In this document: positions 35,547-44,999 of the stretch, piece by piece
How the letters are laid out: the number at the start of each line of letters is the position of its first letter
Position numbering within the stretch: the first letter of the stretch is position 1
DNA from: a virus
Lineage: Duplodnaviria; Caudoviricetes
Reading direction: 5' to 3' (one strand)
IMG/VR virus record: IMGVR_UViG_3300017721_000936
Location: 1-49,734 of that record
Length of the DNA: 49,734 nucleotides
Notes under the pieces: generated by a model
Databases searched by the model: none
What the model was told of the DNA's origin: nothing
The model's input: the letters and a program-made list of their open reading frames with translations, nothing else
Program-made: the position numbers and the translations under genes

Positions 35547-37240
35547 AAATAACAAAAGCATACGGCAAATACTGCACAGCCCACATTGATGATATTGACG
35601 GGAATACTATGCAACATATCGCTGGACTTCCTGGATTCAAAAAGTGGGTCGGGCGTGATTTGGTATTTGACCCGACTTCCGCAAACATTAAGCACTTGCA
35701 TGAACGCTGGCCAGATGCAAATTGGGAGCCAGACGCACAACCGATCTTGGACGATTATATTCGGGCATTGAAAGAGTCCGAACACACCCTGTCTCACAAA
35801 GATGCCGACTTGCCTCTTGAGGATGATTACCACTTCAAGACCAAACCATTTGACCACCAACGCAAAGTGTTCTATCTCTCGCGTGACAAAAAGAACTTTG
35901 CACTGCTCATGGAGCAAGGCACAGGCAAAACAAAAGTAATCATAGACAATGCCGCATACCTTTACGCACAAGGCAAGATATCTGCGCTTGTTGTGATTGC
36001 TCCCAATGGCGTGCACCGCAACTGGCTCAGCAAAGAGTTGCCTGTTCATATGCCTGATTGGATGAATTATGCTTCTGCATACTATGCCTCCGGAATGCCC
36101 AAAAAGCAAAAGAGTTGGTTTGAAGGTGTTATGAGTTTTGAGGATGGGCTAAAGATTTTTGCATTCAATGTTGAGGCATTTGTTTCGCAGACAGCTGTCA
36201 AATATATGGAGCGGATATTGCTGAGCAATGATGCTATGCTTGTGGTTGATGAAAGTTCCCGCATCAAACATCCAGGAACAAAACGAACAAAAGCCATAAC
36301 TAAATTTGGCAATCTCGCCAAATATCGGAGGATAATGACAGGCACTCCTGTAACAAAAGGACCAGAGGACATATACGCACAGTTTCGTTTTTTGGATCCA
36401 CGCATACTTGGCTATGACAGCTTTTATTCTTTCCGAGCTAGATATTGCATCATGGGAGGCTTTGAGAACAAACAGATTGTCGGCTATCAAAGCATGGACG
36501 AGTTGATTACCAGCATTGAAGGTCATTCATTCCGCATTCTAAAAAAAGACTGTTTGGATCTACCCGATAAAATATACAAACGTCACCATGTTGACATGAG
36601 CCCAAAGCAGAAACAACTCTACAATGAGATGCGCAAAGAGTTTATCGCAGAGTTGGATGGTGAGCGCATTGATGCTCCGGAAACAATCACAAGGCTTTTG
36701 AGGCTTCAACAGATATTGTGTGGGTGGTTCCCGACCGAAACAGAGCCCAAGCCGATTGAAGAAAAGAATCCTCGCCTCATGGCTCTGAAAGAGATTCTTG
36801 AGGACATTGATTCAAAAGTAATCATATGGGCAAGATTCAAAGCAGATTTACGAGCAATCGAGAAAATTCTTGGACAACAAGCAGTTTCATATCATGGCGA
36901 CGTATCCAATGACGACAGGGTGAAAGCTGTTGACAGATTCCAGAATGATGACAGCATACGCTATTTCATAGGTCAGCCTCAGTCCGGAGGAATAGGGCTG
37001 ACATTGACTGCGGCAGACTTCGCCGTATATTATTCCAACAGCTTTGACCTTGAGGTCAGGCTGCAATCGGAAGACAGGTGCCACCGCATCGGCACCAAAA
37101 ACAATGTAACATACATCGACCTCGAAACTCCGAGAACCATTGACTCGAAAATAATCCGTGCACTGCGTTCAAAGAAAAACTTGGCAGATGTTGTTACGAA
37201 AGACCCAATATCATTTTTCCTGGAGGAAGATAGTGAGTGA
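35543..37240 (+). CDS. SNF2-family (SF2) helicase
   Basis: LLMEQGTGKT, VVDESSRIK, IMTGTPV, KVIIWARF, GGIGLTLT, QSEDRCHRIG. Confidence 0.92.
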   Translation: MKITKAYGKYCTAHIDDIDGNTMQHIAGLPGFKKWVGRDLVFDPTSANIKHLHERWPDANWEPDAQPILDDYIRALKESEHTLSHKDADLPLEDDYHFKTKPFDHQRKVFYLSRDKKNFALLMEQGTGKTKVIIDNAAYLYAQGKISALVVIAPNGVHRNWLSKELPVHMPDWMNYASAYYASGMPKKQKSWFEGVMSFEDGLKIFAFNVEAFVSQTAVKYMERILLSNDAMLVVDESSRIKHPGTKRTKAITKFGNLAKYRRIMTGTPVTKGPEDIYAQFRFLDPRILGYDSFYSFRARYCIMGGFENKQIVGYQSMDELITSIEGHSFRILKKDCLDLPDKIYKRHHVDMSPKQKQLYNEMRKEFIAELDGERIDAPETITRLLRLQQILCGWFPTETEPKPIEEKNPRLMALKEILEDIDSKVIIWARFKADLRAIEKILGQQAVSYHGDVSNDDRVKAVDRFQNDDSIRYFIGQPQSGGIGLTLTAADFAVYYSNSFDLEVRLQSEDRCHRIGTKNNVTYIDLETPRTIDSKIIRALRSKKNLADVVTKDPISFFLEEDSE

Positions 37241-37664
37241 GAAAAACTTTTGGACATTAGTCAGAGGCTCATTGCCTTTAAAGATGTATCGTGTTGAGAA
37301 CAAAGTCATGAAAGGTATGCCCGACATACATTATATTCGCAATGGCGAATCTGGATGGATTGAATTGAAGTATCTGCCTGAATGGCCAAAGACAAGAGTT
37401 AGCATTGGCTTGCGCCAGAATCAATCTCTGTGGCTTCAAGGCTATCGGAAGAAAAAAGGTAAATCTTGGATTTTGATACGCATAGGGCGTGCATATACTT
37501 GCCTGATAGATGGCAAAGATGCAGAAAAAATACACAAAAGACCTTCAAAGCAAGATTTTTTCAAAGTTGTTGTTTGGGCAAAAACAGGTAACATGACAAG
37601 AGATGATTGGGACGACTTGGCAGATGTTATCTCAAGCCCTTTAAGAAAATCACCCAAGCAATAA
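37233..37664 (+). CDS. PD-(D/E)xK nuclease (VRR-NUC/Holliday junction resolvase-like)
   Basis: SEKNFW...RVEN....GMPD...WIELK...Q..W; GTG at 37233 after GGAGG. Confidence 0.75.
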   Translation: MSEKNFWTLVRGSLPLKMYRVENKVMKGMPDIHYIRNGESGWIELKYLPEWPKTRVSIGLRQNQSLWLQGYRKKKGKSWILIRIGRAYTCLIDGKDAEKIHKRPSKQDFFKVVVWAKTGNMTRDDWDDLADVISSPLRKSPKQ

Positions 37665-38079
37665 GGGCAATGGCAGAGCCAATCACAAACAGCCCAACAA
37701 CGACCAGCTGAATTGTATAAATCAACTCTGCTCTTTTTTTCTTTGCCAGTGCTTCTTGCACCCTTCTTGATTTGCGTGCCTCAGCTTGAAACTTTTGCCA
37801 ATCTTTCCAGAGTCCTGGACGACCAGACCATATCATAACTTGCTTCAATTGCTCTTCTTGCTCTTTTATTTTTTCAAGAGCCATGAATTCTTCCAAGTCT
37901 GTTTTGACTTGACCTCTTGATGATTTTTTGTCAGACCTTCTTTTGAGCTCTTCTTTGGCTGTGACAAATTTTGCTATTGCACTTCCAGCATTAGCTAAGT
38001 CTTGACCATTTTGAACACATTTTTTGATTACAGCAAATGCGGCGTTTGCGGCAGCTAGTTCAGCAAGCATCCTAACCAA
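37627..38079 (-). CDS. Coiled-coil protein with a C-terminal transmembrane helix
   Basis: MLAELAAANAAFAVIK... with a hydrophobic C-terminus; last gene of the minus arm. Confidence 0.6.
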   Translation of the reverse strand: MVRMLAELAAANAAFAVIKKCVQNGQDLANAGSAIAKFVTAKEELKRRSDKKSSRGQVKTDLEEFMALEKIKEQEEQLKQVMIWSGRPGLWKDWQKFQAEARKSRRVQEALAKKKRAELIYTIQLVVVGLFVIGSAIALIAWVIFLKGLR

Positions 38080-38086
38080 GACCTCA

Positions 38087-40333
38087 TCATTGCTGCATCG
38101 CCTCGATTATTTTTTGGCGAGCAGAAGGTGAAAGGTCTTCCGCAAGACCTGTTGTTTCGGCAGGCTCTTCTGAAACGACTGGTGGACGGATTGTCCCAGA
38201 TATTGCAGAAGAAAGCAGAGGTCTGTTTCCCCTGTCAAGATATTGACGAGTTGCGTTAAGTGCATCAGATCTTGCACGAACACCTGCTGCAACATCAGCA
38301 ATGTCACGACCAATGATTGGTATGAGTTTTGTATATTCAAGAAGTCCGGAGCGAGCCAAGCCAGACAGAATTGTGTAGCCAGAGCCAGATGGATTAAGTT
38401 TTATCTCAGCCCAAAGAGTTGGCATCACATCATTACGGAACTGCGCAATGCGCTTCAATTCTTCTGGAGAGAACAACTCATTCACGATGTGCTTTTGTTT
38501 CACGAAAATATCATCATAGTTGTTGACGATGTTTGTTCGGGTTACGCCAGATTTGCCTGACCCTGAAAAGGCTTTTTCAAGAACACCATCTTTCAGCAAA
38601 GCAATGACTTCACCATATTGCTCTTCAGGAAGTGATTGCTTCATCTTTTGTAGGACTAACTTCATTGATTGATTCGGGTTGAATTTGTTGTGACCGAAAA
38701 GTGCATTGGCGACTTGGCGAGGTGTATAGTTCGGGTTTGTCAACATCCCTAAAATTCTGCTGGCTGCTTTTTCTTGTGAATCTCTGCCAGTGGCTTTTCC
38801 TGTCAAGCCGATGTATGTTTTGTAAAGACCAGTAGCTTTCTGCAACTCATCAAGCACAGCTTGGTCGCCACTGATTAAGCCACGCTCAATGCCTTCAAAA
38901 ACAGTCTCATCAACAATGCTTTTCATCCGACTAAGAGCCAAAGCCTCTGGACTGCCAGCTTGTGCAGACCTTGATGCAGCATTCAAACTTTTTTGATAAG
39001 CATGCAACTCTTTCAAAGGCATCTCATCAAGCTTGCCAGCATTTGCTTTTTTGAGCAACCCAGTCAAATAAGAAATCTCACCTTTGAGGATTGGCATGTT
39101 GTTCATCAGACGCTCTGTGATGCCTAACTCATTTAAAACATTCACTTGCCTTTCTGCCATATCAGTAACGCCTGCTGGACTCAAGATTGGTTGGTCAGGT
39201 GCGTCTCTGACTGCTTTGTAGCTTTCTCCTGCCTCGCTCTTGAGCTCCCCAGCACGACGACTGACGATTGACTGCGTCTCTTCAGCTACTGCTCCAGGAA
39301 CATCAACTTGCCCTGTAACCTCTGGGCGACCAGAGCCAAATTCAGATTGCAACTTAGAAGCATCCTCGCGAATAAGGTCGAGTTGACGCTCATCAAATCC
39401 ACGTATTATGTCAGAGGCTTGAGAATCAGTTCCTGGAGCGCGACGCAGAACATCTTCGCTCTCAAGTTCTGTTGTTACTTTTTCTGTTGGACCTGCTCTG
39501 CGGTCTGGGATTGGTGCTGTGCGTTGACCAGATGTCAGTGGGTATTTGGACTCTTGGACGACCTTTGGAGAAAAAACTTTCGGAAGTTGTGGAAGAGAAG
39601 GCAATGTTTCGCTGAGAGTCTTAGCTCCAGTTGTCAATGTTTTTGTGATTGCCTTGCCTGCAGGTGGCAATACGACATCAGCCGCAACACCGATCCCTGT
39701 AGCCAGACCGACATCCTTTCCAAGGTCTGACAAATCACGATCTTTGGCTTGAGTTGTTTCCGGAGTCATTCCAGCTTCAATCCCTTGCTTGACGATTTCT
39801 GTCCCGCCATATGCAGCTGTGCCTCTGCCAATCGTGCTCTTCAGAGCTTTTGCTCCACCTACATATTTCATCGCAGGGATATAAGAAGCAATCTCACCGA
39901 CAAATGTCCCCAGATCCTGACCAGAAAATCCTGGCTTGTTGATATAATATGGCTTGTCATTCCACACAAGCATTGGGTTGTTGAATTTGTCCGAGTAGAC
40001 TCCCCCAAAACGCTCATCACCCTCAAATGAGTTTTTGATTATTTCAGCTTTGCCGAAGTCATCTCTCGTCATGAATATTTTTGCATTGGGAATCAAAGTT
40101 TCGAAAAAGCCAACATCGTCACTGTCAATATCTGTGGCTTCTGGGACGTCCGGAAACTCGACTTCTTTACCTTCGCCTGTGGCTGCTTTGTAGACAGCAC
40201 TCGGAATGTCTGCGATTCTTTCAACGATGCCAACTTCATCTTCTTGCTCCGAAGTCGTGGCTGTTGAAGTTCCTTGCCCTCCGACACCTGCTGCGCTTGA
40301 TGGTAGTTGAATGCCTGCCATTATTCTCCCCAA
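38087..40333 (-). CDS. Putative DNA ejection/internal virion protein (large)
   Basis: 748 aa, mostly helical, with INKPGFS.QD and C-terminal NPSGSG; last of a three-gene ejection-like block. Confidence 0.65.
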   Translation of the reverse strand: MGRIMAGIQLPSSAAGVGGQGTSTATTSEQEDEVGIVERIADIPSAVYKAATGEGKEVEFPDVPEATDIDSDDVGFFETLIPNAKIFMTRDDFGKAEIIKNSFEGDERFGGVYSDKFNNPMLVWNDKPYYINKPGFSGQDLGTFVGEIASYIPAMKYVGGAKALKSTIGRGTAAYGGTEIVKQGIEAGMTPETTQAKDRDLSDLGKDVGLATGIGVAADVVLPPAGKAITKTLTTGAKTLSETLPSLPQLPKVFSPKVVQESKYPLTSGQRTAPIPDRRAGPTEKVTTELESEDVLRRAPGTDSQASDIIRGFDERQLDLIREDASKLQSEFGSGRPEVTGQVDVPGAVAEETQSIVSRRAGELKSEAGESYKAVRDAPDQPILSPAGVTDMAERQVNVLNELGITERLMNNMPILKGEISYLTGLLKKANAGKLDEMPLKELHAYQKSLNAASRSAQAGSPEALALSRMKSIVDETVFEGIERGLISGDQAVLDELQKATGLYKTYIGLTGKATGRDSQEKAASRILGMLTNPNYTPRQVANALFGHNKFNPNQSMKLVLQKMKQSLPEEQYGEVIALLKDGVLEKAFSGSGKSGVTRTNIVNNYDDIFVKQKHIVNELFSPEELKRIAQFRNDVMPTLWAEIKLNPSGSGYTILSGLARSGLLEYTKLIPIIGRDIADVAAGVRARSDALNATRQYLDRGNRPLLSSAISGTIRPPVVSEEPAETTGLAEDLSPSARQKIIEAMQQ

Positions 40334-41844
40334 CCTTTAATTATGTATGGCATTTTGCTGTCAAAAATGCCATTGTTAATAAACACAGCACCTTTAGGGA
40401 GCGAATCATACCACTTCAAAACTTCTTTCTCATCATTCGGGTCGCCTGAATATTTTTCGAAAATGCCTTTGTCGAATGTGTTCAGTTGAGAATTGACATC
40501 GCGCATATTTGAATACTCGCCAGAGGTCAAAAGTTCTTGCTCTAATTGATTCAAACGTACGCCATTCTGAGCCATCTTTTTGAAAGCATAAAGCGAAACA
40601 TAATTTGCTTCCGGAGTGTTGCCAAGATAAAGTGCAGCTTGTTGGTATGCTCTGAATTCCATATCGGAAGTTGAACCTGAGCCAACAGGACGCATCTTGG
40701 GAGCCAAGAAGTTTGATGTTGCTTGCAAAGTCTCAAGACCAACGACTTCCGGATCTGTTATTCCGAAAGATTGATTGAAGACTTGCTTGAAAGGCAAAAG
40801 AGCCTGATTCAGCTTCCCTGTTTCAACTTCGCCAGAAAGCAAAAGATTCAAGGCTTCGTCAACTCTTGGCAGAACTTCACGTGCAGTTGTGTTGTATGTG
40901 TCTGCGGACTTGGCAACGATTGGCAGACGCTTCTCAACATAAGTTGTGAAGTATGGTGATGCAGCTGATTTGGATGGCGTCAGTTGAAGGTTGATTACTT
41001 CGCCACCTTTGGCCAGAGGGACAACCTCTAAGAAAACACCACCATCGGTTATTGGCTGACCAATTTGACTTTCGCTTTTGGCAGTCAGAGTTTCAACCAT
41101 CGTTTGAAAGTTCTCGTTTGTTTCATCCATGCCTTGAGACAGGACGAACTGAGTGGCGTCTGCTTTGCTCATATATTTGGCTAAAGTTCCGGAGCCAACT
41201 GTTTTGAAAGATGTGTCTGGCTTGGTCGTGTAAATGTATTCGCCTGTGCCAGCGAGTGCAGCATTGTAATCTTCAGACCCTGGAGTGACTAATTTTCCTT
41301 GGCCAGATTGATTGTAGAGTGTTATTGGCTTTGATGCACTGGCAGAGGATAAGTCAGGCATTTCCACAGTTCGTAGAATATTACCTGCCGTGTCCGTCAC
41401 ATTATAATTATAGACAGGGTAACCTTCTGCTGTGCGTTTGATTGTTCCATCGTCACCAGTCACAGGTGTTGTCTTTTTGTATTCTTCACCAATACCAGTG
41501 CCAGTCGGAGGCTTCATCAAAGTGGCAAGCTGCACCGTCAATGCACCAAGACCCTCTTCACGCTTGCGCTCTTCTTCAGCCTGTTTGAGTAAATATGCGG
41601 CAGGAGTTGATGCGGCTGATGAAGCTGAACCAAGCAATGTTGCTCCTGGCTTCGACGCTTCTGCAGCCATCTGACTAAAATATAAAAATGATAAAAGAGC
41701 AGGGTCAATTGGCTTAGGAGCAGGACGCAATGCTTGTGCTAGCTCAGAAGCTTGCTGAACACTTTGTTGCCCACCCAACAAGCGCAATGCACCCGCAGGG
41801 AGTTGTTCAATATTTGACAGTGCACCTTTGTCTTCTTCAGCCAT
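40321..41844 (-). CDS. Putative DNA ejection/internal virion protein
   Basis: 507 aa; MRPVGSGSTSDME motif; podoviral position after the pilot-like gene. Confidence 0.6.
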   Translation of the reverse strand: MAEEDKGALSNIEQLPAGALRLLGGQQSVQQASELAQALRPAPKPIDPALLSFLYFSQMAAEASKPGATLLGSASSAASTPAAYLLKQAEEERKREEGLGALTVQLATLMKPPTGTGIGEEYKKTTPVTGDDGTIKRTAEGYPVYNYNVTDTAGNILRTVEMPDLSSASASKPITLYNQSGQGKLVTPGSEDYNAALAGTGEYIYTTKPDTSFKTVGSGTLAKYMSKADATQFVLSQGMDETNENFQTMVETLTAKSESQIGQPITDGGVFLEVVPLAKGGEVINLQLTPSKSAASPYFTTYVEKRLPIVAKSADTYNTTAREVLPRVDEALNLLLSGEVETGKLNQALLPFKQVFNQSFGITDPEVVGLETLQATSNFLAPKMRPVGSGSTSDMEFRAYQQAALYLGNTPEANYVSLYAFKKMAQNGVRLNQLEQELLTSGEYSNMRDVNSQLNTFDKGIFEKYSGDPNDEKEVLKWYDSLPKGAVFINNGIFDSKMPYIIKGWGE

Positions 41845-41845
41845 C

Positions 41846-43024
41846 TTATGTCCTCTGACTCATATAATAAGCGGAAGCCAACGAGCCCAGACCGCCAAGA
41901 GTTTGACCGTATAGGCTTGGCGTTTGGCCATACTGGACGCCTTGTTGGAAACCATATTGTGCAGTTTGATACGGAACACCTTGAAGCGCACCCAAAGCAA
42001 AGTTGAGCATCTCAAAAGGATAAGTCGCTTGTTGCAGATAATCAGCATAAGCCAAATCAAGTGCAGCTTGGTCAAGCCTGCGTTGCGCTTCTCCCGAAGT
42101 CAGCAAGCCAGCTGCAGCTTGTTCTTGCATTCCCTGAATCAAAGGTGCATAGCTTTGTAACTCGCTAGCAGCACGCAACCTTGAAGCTTCCTCAGTTTCA
42201 AATGCTGACCTCTGTGCAGCTTCAGCACCGAACCTTGCCTCACGATCTTGAATGAATTGACCGCGCATCAGATCCTCAAGATTGAAGCGTGCAGCCCTAT
42301 CACTCTCAAACTGTCCGCGCATAGCTTGCTCAGCACCGAACCTTGCTGCCCTATCACGTTCTGCTTGTTGAGTGGCAAACTCAAGACCTTCAGCTGCAGC
42401 TTGAGCTCTCAAGTCCCCAGCCATGCCAGCACCCTCAAGACCAGTCAAAACATCTTGCACAGCCGCACGCGAACCGCCAAATGCCCCAGCTGATGCTGCT
42501 TGGGCGCGCTGTTGAATCTGTTGTTGAGCGATCTGCCTTTCAACTTCTGCAACTGCAGGATCAACTGCGCGCTGATAAACATCCAAAAATGGTTGGGCTT
42601 GTTCAATTGTGAATGGTCCACCAACAAGTTCTTCGCGAGTCGCACCTGTATAATCGCCAAATAAAGTATCTGGTGACATGCCAGCATAAGGTGCGCCCAT
42701 CAACTCTGCAGTTGTTGCTGCATCATAGCCCTGCCCTAGCCCAGAAGCCACGCCGTAAGCAGCTTCGAGGAATGGCTGGTAGCTTTGCGCACCCTGCATT
42801 AGGATGTTCTGAGCCATAAGCTCTTGAGGTGTTAAACGGCTACCACCATAAGTTGCAGTCCTTGACCCTGTATAAAGTGGCATCGGGCTTCCCGCCAGAG
42901 ATCGAGCCTGCTCATATATTTCCCGCCCAGCCGCAGCAACATATTCAGGAATGTCAGTTCCTGTGATTGTGCTTGAATAATCTGGGAGTGCTTCGTATCC
43001 CGTTTCAAAAATGCCGTTAGCCAT
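41846..43024 (-). CDS. Putative pilot/ejection protein
   Basis: 392 aa, A/Q/G-rich; AGAFGGSR, repeated DRAARF, C-terminal GGLGSLASAY. Confidence 0.6.
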   Translation of the reverse strand: MANGIFETGYEALPDYSSTITGTDIPEYVAAAGREIYEQARSLAGSPMPLYTGSRTATYGGSRLTPQELMAQNILMQGAQSYQPFLEAAYGVASGLGQGYDAATTAELMGAPYAGMSPDTLFGDYTGATREELVGGPFTIEQAQPFLDVYQRAVDPAVAEVERQIAQQQIQQRAQAASAGAFGGSRAAVQDVLTGLEGAGMAGDLRAQAAAEGLEFATQQAERDRAARFGAEQAMRGQFESDRAARFNLEDLMRGQFIQDREARFGAEAAQRSAFETEEASRLRAASELQSYAPLIQGMQEQAAAGLLTSGEAQRRLDQAALDLAYADYLQQATYPFEMLNFALGALQGVPYQTAQYGFQQGVQYGQTPSLYGQTLGGLGSLASAYYMSQRT

Positions 43025-43036
43025 CAGCTACTCCAA

Positions 43037-43348
43037 TCACATATTGCCAAGTGCACCCATATCACGACGCATCGTGGGCTGCTGTTGCTTGACTTCCTTT
43101 GCTTGCTTTGCTGCTTGCTCACCAATCAAAGTGTTAAGTTCTGGAAGCAACTTCATCAAAACAGCAGCAACTTCAGGAGTGATTGCTCTGTCAAGCTGTA
43201 CCAATTCCTCTGGTTTCATATTGTTCAGCCTTGCCATCAAAACAACAGCAATGCTATCGGAAGCCTTCATCAGATTCTCGCGTGCCTCAGCAGGCATGTT
43301 TGCGAGAGGATTCATAGATGCACCTTCCATCTTTTCCATTTCAGCCAT
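43037..43348 (-). CDS. Hypothetical protein
   Basis: 103 aa helical, AAGGAG RBS. Confidence 0.6.
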   Translation of the reverse strand: MAEMEKMEGASMNPLANMPAEARENLMKASDSIAVVLMARLNNMKPEELVQLDRAITPEVAAVLMKLLPELNTLIGEQAAKQAKEVKQQQPTMRRDMGALGNM

Positions 43349-43350
43349 AT

Positions 43351-44751
43351 CTATATCTCCTTTGATTTATATAAGATTGACCAATCAGACTTCTTGCAGA
43401 ATGCACCGACGACCCAACATGTTGGCTCAAGTATGCTTCTGTAAAGTTTGCCCAAATAGTCAGGCTTGTCACGCTCACCATAGATGTAAGCAATCTCGTT
43501 GGCTCTGTGTCCCGCAACATGCTTCCAGAAACCAACAAAGCTACCTTTACGCATTTGACGAACCATCCAGATCGCCCATACATGATAGCCACGCACGTGT
43601 TGCGGTGTTAAATAATCACGAGTGAATCGGTAATCAAGAATAACTTGCTTGCGAGTCATTACGCCTTGACGCATCAATTCATTGCAAATGACCCGACCAC
43701 CAAGTGACGAGCCAAGGACTGACCCGATGAAACCACCGACAGCACCACCAATTGGACCACCAATGGCTGTCCCGATTGATGTTCCGACTGCTTTGCCAGC
43801 TGTCGCACCGACTGCTTGCTTTGCTGCAACTTCAACATCTGAACCCATCGCAAGTGAGATTGCGAAAGTTGAGAGCCCAACACCTGCTGCATTGGACCAT
43901 GTTTGTTTAGATGTGATTGAGTCGCCAAAAGTTTCCCAACCACTCGGAGTTTGTGTTGTTGCTGTGATTGTTTCAGCTTTGAAGTTTGGCGTTGTGCCTG
44001 TCAATTTTGCAGCATTGTTAACAGCTTCTTGAGTTGTCACGCCACCTTTAATTAGTTCTGTGTCTTTTAAGTTAGCGTATATTTCAGAGTTGCCTGTTGC
44101 AGCAGCTGTTTTGGCATTTGCCAATTCAGGCTGAAATATTTGATTCGAGGCAAGCTCTTCCGCATTTACCAAGTTGTAGCCTTGATTAGTTGCGTCAGCT
44201 ACAAGTTGCCCAGGAGTATCACCCCAAGTTGCTTTTGCACCTTCTAAAATTTTTGTTCCTGCGCTTGAGCCTTCAAGATATGGGTCAACAAGTGCCGAAC
44301 CGATTTGACCGCCAGCACTTTGTGCTGCGAGTGCCGCTCCTGAAACAGCAACAGTCTCAATCAAACCATCCAAAGAAGTCTCAAGATCGTCTGGCTCTGG
44401 GAAGCCTTCAGGGACTACTCCGGACTTTTCCATGAGTTCGCGGTAGTTACGCATGTAGCGTTTTTGTTCATTGATATTTTCTGGAGTCAACTCAACTGTT
44501 CCAGACTGAACAGTTTTTACCCATTCAAAAATAGGCAATGCCTCAGTGCCGTAAATATCTTGCAGTTGTTGTCCTGAAAGGTCTGGTGATTGAGATTGGA
44601 GTGTAAAGACAGGAAAGGTTACTGTCTTGCTGCCTGCATCTTCCAAATCAAATCCACCAAGAACACCTGTCCCAGATTCCTTGCCAATATTAGTAAGTGC
44701 TCCTGGAGCGAGTGGGTCTGTTTGTTCTGTTTCTGAAGTAACATCTACCAT
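43351..44751 (-). CDS. Putative internal virion protein with a glycine-zipper segment
   Basis: 466 aa; GTSIGTAIGGPIGGAVGGFIG followed by a VICNELMRQG...GYHVWA module. Confidence 0.6.
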   Translation of the reverse strand: MVDVTSETEQTDPLAPGALTNIGKESGTGVLGGFDLEDAGSKTVTFPVFTLQSQSPDLSGQQLQDIYGTEALPIFEWVKTVQSGTVELTPENINEQKRYMRNYRELMEKSGVVPEGFPEPDDLETSLDGLIETVAVSGAALAAQSAGGQIGSALVDPYLEGSSAGTKILEGAKATWGDTPGQLVADATNQGYNLVNAEELASNQIFQPELANAKTAAATGNSEIYANLKDTELIKGGVTTQEAVNNAAKLTGTTPNFKAETITATTQTPSGWETFGDSITSKQTWSNAAGVGLSTFAISLAMGSDVEVAAKQAVGATAGKAVGTSIGTAIGGPIGGAVGGFIGSVLGSSLGGRVICNELMRQGVMTRKQVILDYRFTRDYLTPQHVRGYHVWAIWMVRQMRKGSFVGFWKHVAGHRANEIAYIYGERDKPDYLGKLYRSILEPTCWVVGAFCKKSDWSILYKSKEI

Positions 44752-44999
44752 TAGCTGATTACTCCCCTTTCTTTCAAATCGGTAATCAAAGTCCCCAAGA
44801 CGTCTGCCACCTCTGCGAGAGTTGTGGAATCTGCGTCAAGGACTCTGTCAGTGGTAACATTTGAGACTTGATAGTTCTCGGTTGATGCAGAGGTTTGAAG
44901 TTCTCTGATTTGCAATTCAAGTGTATTGATGAGTCTGTTTCCCCACCCTTGATTCCAATCCTCAGGAGGCATTGGGAGTTTTGGATTTATTCTACTCAT
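44751..44999 (-). CDS. Small virion-associated protein
   Basis: 82 aa, coupled to the nozzle gene. Confidence 0.55.
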   Translation of the reverse strand: MSRINPKLPMPPEDWNQGWGNRLINTLELQIRELQTSASTENYQVSNVTTDRVLDADSTTLAEVADVLGTLITDLKERGVIS

